Below, one piece after another: positions 38,500 to 51,982 of a DNA stretch of 64,000 nt. The first letter of the stretch is position 1. Each line of letters opens with the position of its first letter. The stretch is from Tubulanus polymorphus (taxonomy: Eukaryota; Animalia; Nemertea). Under the pieces are notes generated by a model. That model did not search any database. It was not told where the DNA came from and was given only the letters and a program-made list of their open reading frames with translations. The stretch spans positions 13,576,050 to 13,640,049 of the forward strand of contig NC_134026.1 of NCBI RefSeq assembly GCF_964204645.1, in the 5' to 3' direction. The translations under genes were made by a program, and so were the position numbers.

Positions 38500-39375
38500 T
38501 TGAATGTATTTGGAATATGTAAACTAGGGGTACAAGGACACCCCCACCCCACCCACTTAGGAAGTGGTTTGGAACGTTCACCAATCAGTAAATTTTAATA
38601 TTCAAATTTCAGTACCCCTGGAGAACATAATAAGAAAGCAATGACCTTGATACTTACCACAATCATAGAACATGTCACCAGCTACAATTTTGCATTGATT
38701 CATGGCATATGTGGTTATAAATTTTGGGGACCAATACAATAAGAACACACTAATTTACTTCATTATTTAACTCCTCCTGGTGACCATATACAAAAATCAA
38801 CGACCTTGAAGCTCACCCCAATCATAGAACATGCCATGAGCTACAATTTTGCAATTGATTGTGGTTTCAAAGTATCCATAGGTACCAAATAAATACGCAA
38901 ATTTTATATAATTCAATATTCAACTCCCCCTGGTGGGGGAAGAACCTGGGTAACCCCATGTCCATGCAAGGAGATGGAAAACTACAACAGTGATACAATT
39001 TATCAAATATCAAGACTATAAGCTAAAGCCTATTGACATTTTCCTCAAAAAACCTTTTTCTATTTATAAATCTGGTCACGCTTGACTGATCATAGAAAAT
39101 ATCTGATATGTATTAAGAGCCCTTCTCAAAGTATAACCATCATGAATTTAAAGGAAAAATGGCCAACCATACAGTAGCTACGAGTCTCAGAATTGAGGGC
39201 AAAAATGCCCTTTTGGGCAAAAATGCCCTTTTGGGCAAAAAAAGGTCACATAGCGACCATCTTGTGTCCAATCGACCCAATTTTTGTCATGCTGATGCAC
39301 CATTGGGAGATACTAACATATGCAAAAGATCAAAGTAAGTGATCTATGCGTTCTCAAAATTTTGCTTGAAAACTT
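38500..39375 (+). mobile_element. Diverged pearl/HINE-like family 1 copy
   Basis: Tandem core units (ATCATAGAACATG..AGCTACAATTTT) and a 3' region similar to 26270-26470. Confidence 0.55.
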
Positions 39376-39376
39376 C

Positions 39377-39866
39377 AATGAAGGACCATGGGTCCTGTAG
39401 GATCAACTGAGTACATTTCAGTTTTGAGCACAAAAATAGACTAGTTCTTGGATTTGCAATAACATATAAGCAGCTGATAAAGATGAAATCATCGTAGACT
39501 GTGTAGTAAGCATGTTCAACTTTGTGATAAAACATAGTAATGGGTTTTCCCTATGAGTCACATGGTAGAACAGTTCTTGATAATGTCACTGAAAGGGCTT
39601 TCCCTGTGATGTCAGGAAACAAGGTCAATCATTGATTAGTAGAATGGGGAAAAATTCAGTGAAGTTTTGCAGATTTTCTCCCAGCACTCCAAAACGGCTT
39701 AGAGCTAATTGACCAAACTTACCATATCAATTCCAATATCTCTTTCCTTCATAATGACTAAATATCAGTTGTGTATATCCATTGGTTACAATTTGTGCCA
39801 CCAAGAGCTAACAGAAAGTTTCTCTCAGGACCGTTCTATAAGGATCAACACAGTTGATCCTAAAAA
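39377..39866 (+). mobile_element. HINE-like family 3 element
   Basis: 5' subterminal AGGATCAAC is repeated in the 3' palindrome AGGATCAAC-ACA-GTTGATCCT, followed by an A-tract. Confidence 0.55.
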
Positions 39867-39961
39867 TGTGTAAAATGTGTCCGATGGCATTTCTTGATAT
39901 GATAGAACCATTCGAACACTTATCAAACACCCTTTTGATTTCTATAGCACAATAAACAATA

Positions 39962-40497
39962 CAGTATAACCTCTCTATAGTGAACACTTGGGGTTCTGAA
40001 CAAATTGTTCACTATAGAAAGGTGTTCACTAAATAGAGGTAGCACATATTTGTGTCACGCCACCTACTAGTAGTTTGAATAACTACCCCCAATATTAAGC
40101 ATTAATCAAAAAACAATAACAGCTGTCCATTCATAATTGCAGTCACCAATTTACCGAATTAGTACTGCCTAAGAACTATTAAAGACAACTAGCCATTGAA
40201 TGACCATGATTTGTATACATATGGTATATGATGAACACCTAGAAACTGATAACAATGAGTCTACTAGCAAACTTTGACTGTCTAGACATTCTGGGATGGG
40301 ACCACTGTTCTCTATTGAGGGGTAAAATGCTCATTTGGTACCCGAAAAAGTGTTCACTGTTGACTATAGATAGATGTTCACTAAATGGAGGTTCTGTTTA
40401 ATTGAAAATGAGTAGAAAAAATTTGGGCCCGGCCAAAAAGTGTTCACTAAGGGAGGTGTTCACTAAATAGAGGTGTTCACTAAGGGAGGTTTTACTG
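39962..40497. mobile_element. pogo/Tigger-type MITE
   Basis: TA|CAGTATAACCTCTCTATAGTGAACAC ... GTGTTCACTAAGGGAGGTTTTACTG|TA, with internal GTGTTCACTA repeats. Confidence 0.85.
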
Positions 40498-40545
40498 TAC
40501 TCAGTTCAGTGAGGATTGATATATATTCATGCTGAACTTGCTTAA

Positions 40546-41105
40546 CATGTTCACTGCGGCTGACAAGAAAAATCGTCATGGTAGGTGCACTGCAGTTTGC
40601 CATGACGAGTTATATCGTCATCGATTCAATGTCATTTCATAGCGTTATGAATGACCTTGCAGAGGCGAGAAACCAGCTAACAATTGTCTGGCAGTATGGA
40701 GAGACTAAGATATCATTTATGGGGGTAACGCAAGTCTGGTGCACACTTGAAATTTTTACAAAAAAATCTTCAGAAAGCAATGAATTTTAGCTTCTTTTCC
40801 GGGCAATAGTTAGAGAGAATATAACAACTAAAATCTCTCTATATCATTTTTACAATAAAACTTTTATTTTTTTAGATATCTATTTGATTTTTCACACTTT
40901 TCAGTGGAAATGGGGACAAGAAAAAATTGAGAATCTCTTCACCAGTGCCAGTGACGAGTTATCTCGTCATTGGTTTTTTATACTAAAATAGATCAGTGAT
41001 TCATCAATGCACGTATAGTGCTGGCAGCATATAAATTGTATAATGTCAAAAATTAGCATTGGCAATGGCGACCGGACCTTAAACCGCTAGGTGGCAGCAA
41101 ACGTG
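40546..41105 (+). mobile_element. piggyBac-like MITE (TTAA TSD), copy 1
   Basis: TTAA|CATGTTCACTGC ... GCAGCAAACGTG|TTAA. Inverted paralog at 51419-51982. Confidence 0.8.
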
Positions 41106-41381
41106 TTAACAATATAACTCACCAAACTTCATCCATCGCCCTCCTAAATTTCTTAACAAATCTGGATGATTTTGAAAAGTCATCACATTTGAAAATCATC
41201 AAAAATGGGGGAAATTCCTCGAATTTGAACACTTGATATTGTAGATGTGGGTAAAAGGCAATCTAAACATCATTCTATACCTAATCTATTTTACTGCTTG
41301 AGTACTCTGAACTAGGTCAACTTTATTTCAAAACACATTCAACAGCAATTTTGAAGTTTTACCATGCAAAAAAGCCCTTAC

Positions 41382-41437
41382 CTGTTGATAGTATATTCTA
41401 ATGCTCTTCTTCTGTTGGCAACATATGTTGAGGGACT
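41382..41437 (-). CDS. INPP5A: INPP5A-like exon B (56 nt, phase 0-2)
   Basis: Borders tttttctgtag|AGT...AG|gtaagg. Translates SPSTYVANRRRALEYTIN(R), the segment that follows HDASN in INPP5A. Phase fits exons A and C. Not in the ORF track. Confidence 0.88.
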
Positions 41438-41967
41438 CTACAGAAAAATGAGACAAATGCACTAATTGGGACATTTCTATGATAATCTCCTTTTTTCATT
41501 TTATCCAAAATTAGCCACCTTGCATGCAATTAACGACAAAATCAATAGGGTTCTAAAGCTTTATGCCACACACTAACTAAATTGTCAAAACAAAATTTAA
41601 TAGAAGGGCCACCAATCAACCATACTAAAGTTGATTAACAACGAAATCAGGAGAGTTCTTAAAGATCGAATGCTCTCCACACTGGATATTTTGTGAAAAA
41701 CATATTTAGATGGAATATGTTCAAAAATAATAACTAGTATGTGGCAAAGCCACTTATGTCTACCCGGTGTTTGCAGTTTTAAACCTATCCAGTAAATTTC
41801 ATGAAAATCAATGTAGAAATATAGCTGCATAGCAGCGATAACAGGTTTCTGCCTAACTGGTTCATATATTGCACTGGGAAGCGTCATCAAAATAATTCTA
41901 CAGTTCATAACATATGATTTATTTCCAAGAAGCGCAACCTGGGTCAACAATATACTGGATATATGGA

Positions 41968-42631
41968 TCCAGGAAGAATGACACTAAATATTTGGATGGA
42001 TATATGAAAGCTGTGGGTACTGGAGTGTGTAATGGGTAGTGTAGTGTGATCTGTGTGCATTTGTGGCCAGCACACAGATCACATTGTTCAATGGGGTTTG
42101 GTCCAGGACTCGCGAGATTTTCAACAACACGGAAGTAACGTGTAATAAATGATGACTTGAATTGCATGACTACCTACCACCCCTCATTATTGTTGGAGAA
42201 CTAAACGTTCCGCACTGACTAAAAATTAGTAATAACATTTTAAGAAATGGCCAGAATTTTAACTTAGGTTCTATCTCATTTTTATTTTACAATTGCGATT
42301 GGTATAATTTTTTTTTAAACGGCCGTTCATGTTTCGTCTGCAATTCACTGCAAATAGTTACGCAACTACGCACATTTCAGTGTTTTTGGCAGCTGTACAC
42401 TCAATCGGCACCGTTCGTGACTAGCTTCACTGCGGAATTATCATTAATTAACATCGCCGTATCACATCATCAACTTATATTGTGCCTTAAAACCCTAACA
42501 GCCGAAAAAATTGAAATGCATACACGATTTCTATCATTGAAAATTGAGAGAGTGGCCATGTTTGTGTTTGCTTGCTTCGCGTAAATCCCGCGTGGTGGCG
42601 CAACCGCGCGGAGTGGGGCCAATACGTCCAG
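41968..42631 (+). mobile_element. TIR-less TCCAG-bounded element, copy 3
   Basis: A|TCCAG...GTCCAG. Highly similar to copies 1 and 2, same orientation. Confidence 0.9.
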
Positions 42632-44327
42632 CTACATACAAGGGCTACCACGTAAAAAGTATCGATGTACCAAAATGGCTTAACCAAAGATATGGTTCGT
42701 TCAAAGTCTCCCGGTGGCAGTTGCATGAACTAGTCTGTCGCACATGCTCTCCTTGCGCGTTTTGATCCATAATTTTGTTAATACTACCGGTAGGTTGGTC
42801 TACTTTTATGCATCAATTTGTTAAGTGAGGAATTTGCATTCAGAAATAAACAACGATTTAAAAAAAAAGTTTTTTTTTGTTTTCATCTATTAGTGACAGT
42901 TTACATATTGTACATATGTTTGAACAATAACAATTTTGAAAACGACCTTAACAACGTATATTCAATAAACATCAATTTACTTTAATCGCAAAGAGGAAAT
43001 TATAGGTAACGAAATTATTGCATTGTCGGGATTCGAACTTGATGTGGCATCGACGTCTTTGAAGCGATTAAGGTAATGTTGAGTTCATCGGCCAAACAGA
43101 AGATGGTACAAAATGGCGGCGATAGATAAAACAAAAACAGGAAATGGCGGATCGGGACTTATATCAGTCCGATTACGTGATTTGCGAAAACAAAATGGCG
43201 GCTTTTTGAATCGCTCATATATGAATCAGATAGCGATAATTGACGTGTCCGGACTATAGAAAGGTGTTCACTAAATGGGATTTACAGTTGAATTAACGCT
43301 CAAGGTCGTCCAGTAAATTTTAGGCCTTCTTCGCGTTATTCTTGTCACTGTTTAGACCCGGTAATTATGCGGGATTAATTCATAATAGATTACTATACGC
43401 AAATCCGAAATGGTCAGGCGCTGAGTTATATTTCTGAGAGAATTGAAAATTACGTGTATAAGCTGTTGGTAGTCGAATCTGAGAGGAGTTACATTTAAGA
43501 AAAATTTTTTGGCTGGAAAGTGGAAAACTTATAATAATAATAATAATCAACAGAATTACAAGAGGGTTTCTGCCAAAGCAGCAGAAACCCTAATTATAGG
43601 CTGTATTGCCCCTGTAATCCAATTTAATTGGCCATGCAAAGTGTGGTTTACCTTGAAAGCTAGAGGTTGTTTGGAGCAAGGGCATTGCTTGAAAAATCTT
43701 TTTAATTCGTGACTCTAAAGTTCTAGAAGTTTATATTGTATTTTATCTTTCTTAAAGAATTATTTTTTAGTCAAAAAAGACCAAAGATAAACATTTGTTT
43801 ATAGACTTTGTTTATATGTCCAAAATTTCGTAGGTATACACAGCAGGGAAACTATTTTATATTTTCAAAAAAATATTTTTCACAACTTGAAAAAATATTC
43901 AAATAAAATTCATATGTTGTCACATATCAGAGGGTGGCTGAATATTGAGTCTTGGAAACGAAACCTTTTCCAATGTATGGCCGCGGAAGCGAAAACACCG
44001 GGGCGTAGTATTAGGTCGTTTTAAATCCTGGAATTTACCACTACAATATTCAGACCTTGACCTATACCTATAGTTTGCTGCTTAGTATTTTCAGGTCACA
44101 AGAAATTACAATTTATTACAATTTCTATCAAACAGAAAACACAGCGCTAATCTTCTGCTACGACGATTATTCAGCCTGTTATCATACCAAACGTGCACGC
44201 GCCAAGCAGCGTTACAACATCACCATATAGTAGTCAAATTTAAACAAAATTGACCATGTCATCGACGGAGATTCGTCATGTCTTCAATCGCATCGATTAT
44301 AAGTCGTTTAACCCAAGAACCAATAAA

Positions 44328-45664
44328 ACCAGAAAGAAACTTTCCATGATGGGTTTCGGTATTGACTTAGAACTTGAAAAGTGAATGGAAATAACTGTGT
44401 TGATGCGGTGGATGTTTAAACCATACTATCGAGGTAAAACGTCAGTAAATATACTTACCATGGCCACCGGATACAGTCTGCTCTTGGCACAATCGCCAAG
44501 AACCCATGGCATTGGCCAATAACCATGCAGTTCATTGGGTACATGCTTCACATCCATATTTCAACATGAGTGTCTTGAAGCTGTTCACAGACTGAACCTT
44601 AAGGCCAACTGCTAGCTGAACCCTGAGGGTCTATAGCTACTCTTACGATTGACCAAGTGGAACAGGAAAACAATATTCACCAGCGGTAGAACAAAATCGA
44701 TTCGCGTTGTGCACTAAGTATCAAAAACATCAAAATCATCAGTGTTGCAAACTAAATACAAGATAGCCGGGCTCTAACGATTGCTAATGTAAGGGCATTT
44801 AAAATGAAAGGTTCAATTGATGACACTCAATGCCATCTTTAATTACTTAAGATTAGTTCTCAGCATTGATCAAAACACGGATCTTGGGCGTGTGGTGTTA
44901 TCACTGCGGAAATAGTGGATGCACCGTTACCTGCCGTGGTGCGCTGATAATATTTCGGTGTTTTTTCAAACAACATAAACTTATTCATCAAAATGCCTTG
45001 TTTGTTTTGTGGAATATGTAGTTAAACTTTGACTTTGTCATCAATATTTCTTGCGACTGTGATTGAAGCTCCCGTACTCAGTAAATTTGAGTGATATATT
45101 CGGGGCGGAAATCTCAGCTGGCCAATTTATTTATGCTGGTTTTTATATAAAGAGTAGCGACCGTCTGAAATTGCAAAGAATGATCCGGCCTTATCCGTAT
45201 TCCAAAAGTCTTCACTGCGTAGTGTCCGGAGCACTCCCCAGTCTCTTGGCATTAGCGCTGAATATCGCGCGCGAGGCGTTAGACTAGACCAGCCCGTATG
45301 AGTATGAGTATGAGTATGAGTATGAGTATGCATATGAGCGTATCATATATCCATGTACAAGCCTGTTCTGTGTTACACACACACAGTGAGTGTATTAAGC
45401 GTTGCTGTAGAAACGCGCTACAGCGGCTTGAACTAACGAGTAACGTTGATTATTTTATAACCAAATTTGAGCACCTATAAACATCAGAATCAAATAATAA
45501 CCAAGCTGCACCATCTACACCATGTACAGAATATATGTGCCAATTTACAGTAAAATCAGTCCACACAAACAGCTTAAATCCTGTCATAAAGAAACATCCA
45601 CAGACAGACAGACAGAACGATGATGCGATAGATGGGTTCGTCTGACGACGAAACCCATCAACAA
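44328..45664 (+). mobile_element. HINE-like family 2 copy with both ends
   Basis: Same 31-nt 5' end as 18608, (GACA)n and 3' palindrome GATGGGTTCGTC-TGAC-GACGAAACCCATC. Contains an (ATGAGT)n microsatellite at 45296-45330. Confidence 0.7.
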
Positions 45665-46403
45665 ATGCTCACATAAAAAATGTACCGCGATTTTACATGA
45701 ATTGGCTTAATGCCATCCTCATACTGCTGACAAAGGTAAACCAAAATCAAATCAAAAATCAAAAATTAATTTATGATGGCTGCCCTAACAGCCATATTCA
45801 ATGGCGGGAATTCTCTATTTTCAATAAGAGTAGACATCTCGCCTACCCTAATCCTAACACAAATATTCATTTAATCCTATCAAGAATTGAAGGCTGTATT
45901 GTGCTAACAAGAAATTCAAGTTGGCTGCCTGGTGGCCACATTTAAATTCTCAAATTGTCAATTGGGGTCGACAGCTCACCTGCCCAAATCCTCACACTGA
46001 GTTTCATGAAGATCCATTAAGAATTCAAAGCTGTATCTTGCTAACAAGAAATTTAAGATGGCCACCCTGGTAGCCATGTTTGATTTTCTGATGACATCCA
46101 TTATCACTAGAGGTGAACAGCTTACCTGCCCCTGTCCTTAAACCAGGTTACATGGAAATATATGAAGAATTATATATAAGAAGCAAATCAATTGCACAAG
46201 TCAAAAATTAGTATAGTATCGTATAGTTTATTTTGCATAGAAAGATACAAAGATATGTACCGTTATTACAATATGATTCAGAACAGTATGAAAATATTAT
46301 AATAATCATTGTAGCAATAGATTATGCGAGGAATTGGGAAAAGCCAAAGTTGGCTTAAACCAGTCCTGATCCCTCATCCATTCACTCCCACATGCACACC
46401 CTC

Positions 46404-48155
46404 CCCTACAAAAAACTCACACATGTGTGAAAGGTGTGAAAGACACAAAAAACACATGTGATCCCAGCCAACGAACATGTGATCTGTGTTGTGGAGCACA
46501 TCACATGTGTGAATAGTTAGTCCAATCTGCAACACTCGTGTTGCTCATTATTTCAACATAAAACATGTGGTTCTATTGATTTGAATACCGCGCCGTATTG
46601 TGCAAGTAAGAATGTCCATTCAACCTATAGAGCTTGTATTTTCATTACATTAAAAGATAAGGTTATAATGTGTGTTTGCATTCGCTGTTGAGTTTTAAAA
46701 AAAATATAAATATTCAAAAACGACTTCGAAAAAAACCGTTCACGATGGCTAGCAAAGGACTGGGAATGGGTATGCAGGCACGCACAGCCCCATTTGCAAT
46801 TGTTTCCAGGAGAGTCGTTGCTGTTTTAAATCAGTTTTCATGGTTAATATCTAAGTTTGAACAGTTTGGTGTTTAAATTCAAGCTCCAAGACAAGTATTA
46901 TTGTGTTCCATCAAATATCTATAGTCGACGATATTAATAAAATATACTGTTATCGGTAAAATCAGTGGCGTGTATCGAATCAATTAAATCAAATTCATCC
47001 AAACTTTATTTCATTCATGATTGATGCATTGCAAAGAGCAACATGTCTATTCCTAGCTTTTTCAAAGGTTTAACAATAAATAAGCCTAGAAAACACCATG
47101 AACTCTGAAAAAGAGGCTTGTTTGCATACTATTAATTACTTCTAATGATTTCTTAACATTGAACTGAATGATAAGCTGGTATTGCACAGTACCGGTATTT
47201 GCCAATTCTATCTATGATTGAATTAATCACTTACAAATAAAAATGAAATTATCCATTATCAATTACGTGAGTACATTCCCTCATGTTTACATACAGTGAA
47301 AAATGAAATGTATACTTTCAGCCAGAACAAATTACTGAAAAAGAGGTTTTGAGTCCAGTTATGGTAAGAGTTAATTGAAAAAAGTTATAAGCTAGTGTTA
47401 CAATAGACCAGCTTATTTTTGTCTGGTTTCACTTATCAAATTGAACCTTTTTTCACCAGATGATTGATATTAGGGATTGATTCATTGGTTTATTGATTGG
47501 AATTGTGTGTAGTATTAAATGGATTTTATAATTTTTTCGCATTCCAGATCATGTTCTGATATATAGATACTGCGGCCGAAATAAGACAAATGAAACAGTA
47601 TAAATCGAGGAAGTAAATCTGTAAATATTTGAAAATAAAATTCCCATTAACATGTACACAAGTGAGTTATTACATTTGGTTGGTAATTTTGAAACTACAT
47701 TTCGTTTTGCCATAATGTGGATCTCCTTTCAGGCAATTAGTTTTTAGAAAATTGTGAAGTTTGCATCATGTCCAAAGAAAGAAGTGGTAAAATTTTGACC
47801 ATTACAAACGTGTATTTATACTTCTTCGTGAATACTCCCTTTTCAAGAGAGTCGTGTGGAGCTGGAACAATCAGGATGAGTGCAGCGCACATGCGTTATA
47901 AATCACACATGACTGTGTTATATCACATGTATGATTCACATTCAGGGCTGTATTACACGTGTGATTCACATGTGTAGAAATCACACGTGTGATACAGCCC
48001 TGAATGTGAATCACATGTGTAATTCACATGTGAAAAAATGGGACAAAATCACACGTGTGATTCACATACAGGGTTGAATCACATGTGTGATAATGTCACA
48101 TTTTTACACATGTGAATCACATGTGTTCTTTTAAAAAATCACATGTTTTTTTTGT
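46404..48155. mobile_element. Probable CACTA/EnSpm-like non-autonomous element with CACATGTG subterminal arrays
   Basis: Left end CCCTACAAAAAA, right end TTTTTTTTGT (terminal bases missing). Dense CACATGTG/CACGTGTG repeats at both ends. Confidence 0.5.
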
Positions 48156-48309
48156 CTCATATGCACACATTACCAATCATTTAGGATACATACAAAATGG
48201 AAAAGCAAGTACTAAAAAAGCTGCTTGACGTATTCATTGAGTTGTACGCGACTTTAAGGCCTACGTACTTTACTGTTTCAAACAAAAACAATATAATTGT
48301 TGTGATTTA

Positions 48310-48800
48310 ATTCATACGGATGTTTTTCTTTGGATTCAGATATCGGCTTATCGTACTTTGTTCCAAACGCTTCAGTAGTCCACCATTCCTGGATCTCCTT
48401 GTCAAATTCATCATCGTTGGACATGGACTTCAGATACTGGATATCTCCATAAGCTTCCGTAATCATTCGTGTTGGACCCGTTATAGCCCAACCAAAGTCA
48501 GTCTTGATAGCAATAGGCTGTCCAGGGCTACCAATTCGGACATCATGTTGGATCACAACATGGTTAATTGTTCAAAGCTGTGTTCCAAGTCTTACCCGAT
48601 GGAGCCAGGTTCACGTCGTGGATTCGTTATCTGCTTATTGTTGCAAGAATCTGAACCGAATTGTGAAAAAGATACCCGCCGAACTTGGTCCAGTAACTAG
48701 GCCTGAGTTGAAGAAAGCAGAACTATTAGTTCTACGAGATGTTCAAGCCAGAATTTACCCAACAGAGGTTGAAGCCCTACGAGAAAAGAAGCCATTATAC
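48310..48800. pseudogene. Rearranged BEL/Pao pol fragments (two pieces, opposite strands)
   Basis: Minus: QHDVRIGSPGQPIAIKTDFGWAITGP (compare BEL-2 ~32475-32550). Plus: GPVTRPELKKAELLVLRDVQ..YPTE (compare BEL-2 ~34740-34820). Confidence 0.7.
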
Positions 48801-49397
48801 TATGTCAAGTATACTATGTCACCTCACTTCCCTATTTTGGTAGCAATACATAATGTTAGATGTACATTAGAAGTTGGTTGCTTTTGCTGATGTGGCTTTA
48901 CCGCCGACAATGGCCTATCAGTACTGACAAACTTTCCACTAATTCTCCCCCCCCCTGAATTTCCAAGTGTTTTTAGGCTTTTCAGAAAAATGACCTAAGG
49001 TAAGTGTATAATAGTTGTTTCAGATCGAAGGTCGAAAGGTTGTGCTCGTAAAAATAAAAATAAATTCAAGCTTGCCAGAATTTATTTATCTTTGAAGCTT
49101 ATATGTTTTCGCTATCTGGATAAAACACCAAATCAAAATAAGTCGTTTACTGATTGGACCTTTTTCATTGGGAATTTTTCGAATACTGTGTGCAATCATG
49201 TAATTTCTCTAACTTTTTGTTATGCATTAGATCATAGAGAAAATTCTTAATTATACGCGAATATAATTGAACCAATCTGCATATTTCATTAAGATTCTTT
49301 GCTCCGGATACAACCCTTTTTCTTAGATATTCTGACCAGTCAAGATATCGCTAAGATGTCACACAGATTTTCCAGGTACTATAAGCTCTAAAGGGTA

Positions 49398-50104
49398 TCT
49401 CAGTGGTTATGATCGCGGCATTTCACTCTCAAAGAGCCAGTATCAACAACAATTTAATTCATACTGACAGCTGTAAGTGGTCAAACTCACACTGAGCATC
49501 GCCGACTCGCAGGACCCCAGCTGCTTGTTATTCTAGTAAAAGGCAAGAGTGAATAACAAGCAAAACTTTTCGAAGCTTACACTAAGAAAATTAAGTTAGT
49601 AACGAGGAAAAATTAGCTTTGAAGTCTTGTTGCATTCAAGAGTGAATATTTTCCGAGGATACCAAAGTCGATGTTCACATTAAAAAGTGTCAGAACTAAT
49701 TTTCAAGTTGAAGCATTATATTTGGACGGCGTTTAAGCAAAATAGCAGCACAAGTATGTACAATTCATGAGATAATAATCAAATCCATAAATAGTCATTT
49801 GTTAACATATTTGCGCATGTCTAGCTTTGCTAAGTGCACAAAATAAGAAATTAATCCATGAAAAATTCCATGCTTAAATACATTTTAAGTAATCGGTGTT
49901 CTTTGAGAATATACAAGAAAAAACCAAATCTAGAGAATAAAGAGAAGTGAATGACCAGGATGGGAAAACTTTGGTATTATTCACTCATGAATGTAGTAGT
50001 TGCCTGACATCAGTTACTTGCAGGGTTGAGCACATAGAAACCACAAGGTTCCAGATCTGCGATGATATGAACTGTTTGATTCACCGCGATCATAACCACT
50101 GGGA
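49398..50104. mobile_element. MITE with ~21-bp TIRs, TA-flanked
   Basis: TA|TCTCAGTGGTTATGATCGCGG ... CCGCGATCATAACCACTGGGA|TA. Confidence 0.6.
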
Positions 50105-51418
50105 TAGACTTTACAAGCAAAATTGCTCATAGTGACTTTACTTAAGTTTTCTACTAAAGTATCATTTGTTTATATAAACACAAGCTGTTTAAATGTCTGG
50201 GTCAGCAAACAAAGTAGTAACCCACGCGTGCACACACACACACCACGTGTGTTTATGGACAGCACTGTTGTTATGCCAATATCCGATTGTGCTGCCATCT
50301 GGAAGATCTTTCGCCATTTAGTGAGAAACTGGGCTACTTCTCATAGGTACGCAACTATGATCTGTGTATAGAGAGATTCCACTAAGTCAAACGACACCAA
50401 AATTGTATTTTTAAGTTGAAAAGTTTATCTTTAGAATCTCAAGCAAAGGAAAAATTACCTATTTTTCAAGTTGTACATTTTTAGTCTTTATGAATTTTTG
50501 CTAATAGTTATATAGATTACTGTTGCCCAGCACGTGTCTGTTACCGATCGATAAAATACATACACGCAGTTGTGTATTACCAATACAAAGATACGTATTG
50601 AAAACTACGTAAAACAAGGCACTGAACACTTTTATGGTTCACGTGATTACCAATTGTACCGGGCAATCACCCCCAAATGAAACGATCTGCGGGGAATTCT
50701 CATCCCTGAATCTTGTTATTAAGAACCATGCTGGACATAATAAAAAGTTTGTATCAACTGATGTAGTATCAACTGATGTAGGTACATTTTTGGACGCTTC
50801 ATCAAGTAGTTCATTAGTTACGAGGTTGTATTAACACGCTTCTTTCGTAAATCGATGATTTTCAAATTAATATAGAAGCAGGTTGTTTGTAACTTTAGAA
50901 TTTATTAACGATAGGTCCATGGACCTTCAGACTTTCTCAGAAAATAAACAATTTGGGAAAAGGAACAAGTCCTGCCTCGCCTGGCAGGCTGGATTGCCAA
51001 ACATATCAATGACTTGCTTTTTCATGAGCCATAAATATGACAGGTATATAAGTCATCATTTGTGCTTAAATGTAATTTAGAATTCAAAATTGTCCAAATC
51101 TTAAAAGTTATGCGTTTTCTGGAATGAATTTCTCCAGAATCTGCATGAGCTAAAACTTTTCACTAGTAAATCCTTTCCAGATTTATATGTTTAATGCGCT
51201 ATCCAACCATTCCATTTTCAAAATGCATATATCTGAACACCTCTTAAAGCAGATGAATAACAGCCACAAAAAAAAACTCTACGAAAAGAAGGCGAACAAT
51301 GGATGCACAACTTATTCAAACTTTATTTTCAAAAATATTGCAATATATAATCTTTCATTGAAAAATAATAACATATTATTTGTCATGACGAAGAATATTA
51401 TATATACACAGTTATCAA

Positions 51419-51982
51419 CACGTTCGCTGCCACCTAGCGGTTAAGGTCCGGTCGGTTAAGGTCCGGTCGCCATTGCTAACACTAACTTTTGACATTATAC
51501 AATTTACATGCTGCCAGCACTATTTGTACATTGATAAATAAATTGATCTATTTTAGTATAGAAAACCACATGACGAGATAACTCGTCACTGGCAATGGTG
51601 AAGAGATTCTCTATTTCTTCCAGTGAAAATAGTGAAAAATAAAATGGAAATCAAAAAGAATAAAAGTTCCATTGTAAAAATGATATAGAATGATTTTAGT
51701 CGTTATATGCACTCTAAATATTGGCCGGAAAAGAAGCAAAAATTCTTTGCTTTCTGAAGATTTTTATGAAAAAATTTCAAGTATGCACCAGACTTGAGTT
51801 GCCCCCATAAATAATATCATAAGTCTCTCCATACTGCGAGATGATTCTTAGCTGGTTTCTCGCCTCTGCCAGTTCATTCATTACGCTATTAAATGACATT
51901 GAATCGATGACGATATAACTATTCATGGCAAACTGCGGTGCACCCACCATAACGATTTATCCCATCAGCGGCAGCAAACGTG
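51419..51982 (-). mobile_element. piggyBac-like MITE, copy 2 (inverted)
   Basis: TCAA|CACGTTCGCTGCC ... GGCAGCAAACGTG|TTAA. Reverse complement of 40546-41105 along its length. Confidence 0.8.

Noticed and set aside
45127-45480. ORFs starting MHTHTHT... and MSMSMS...
   Set aside because: These are translations of an (ATGAGT)n microsatellite inside a repeat.
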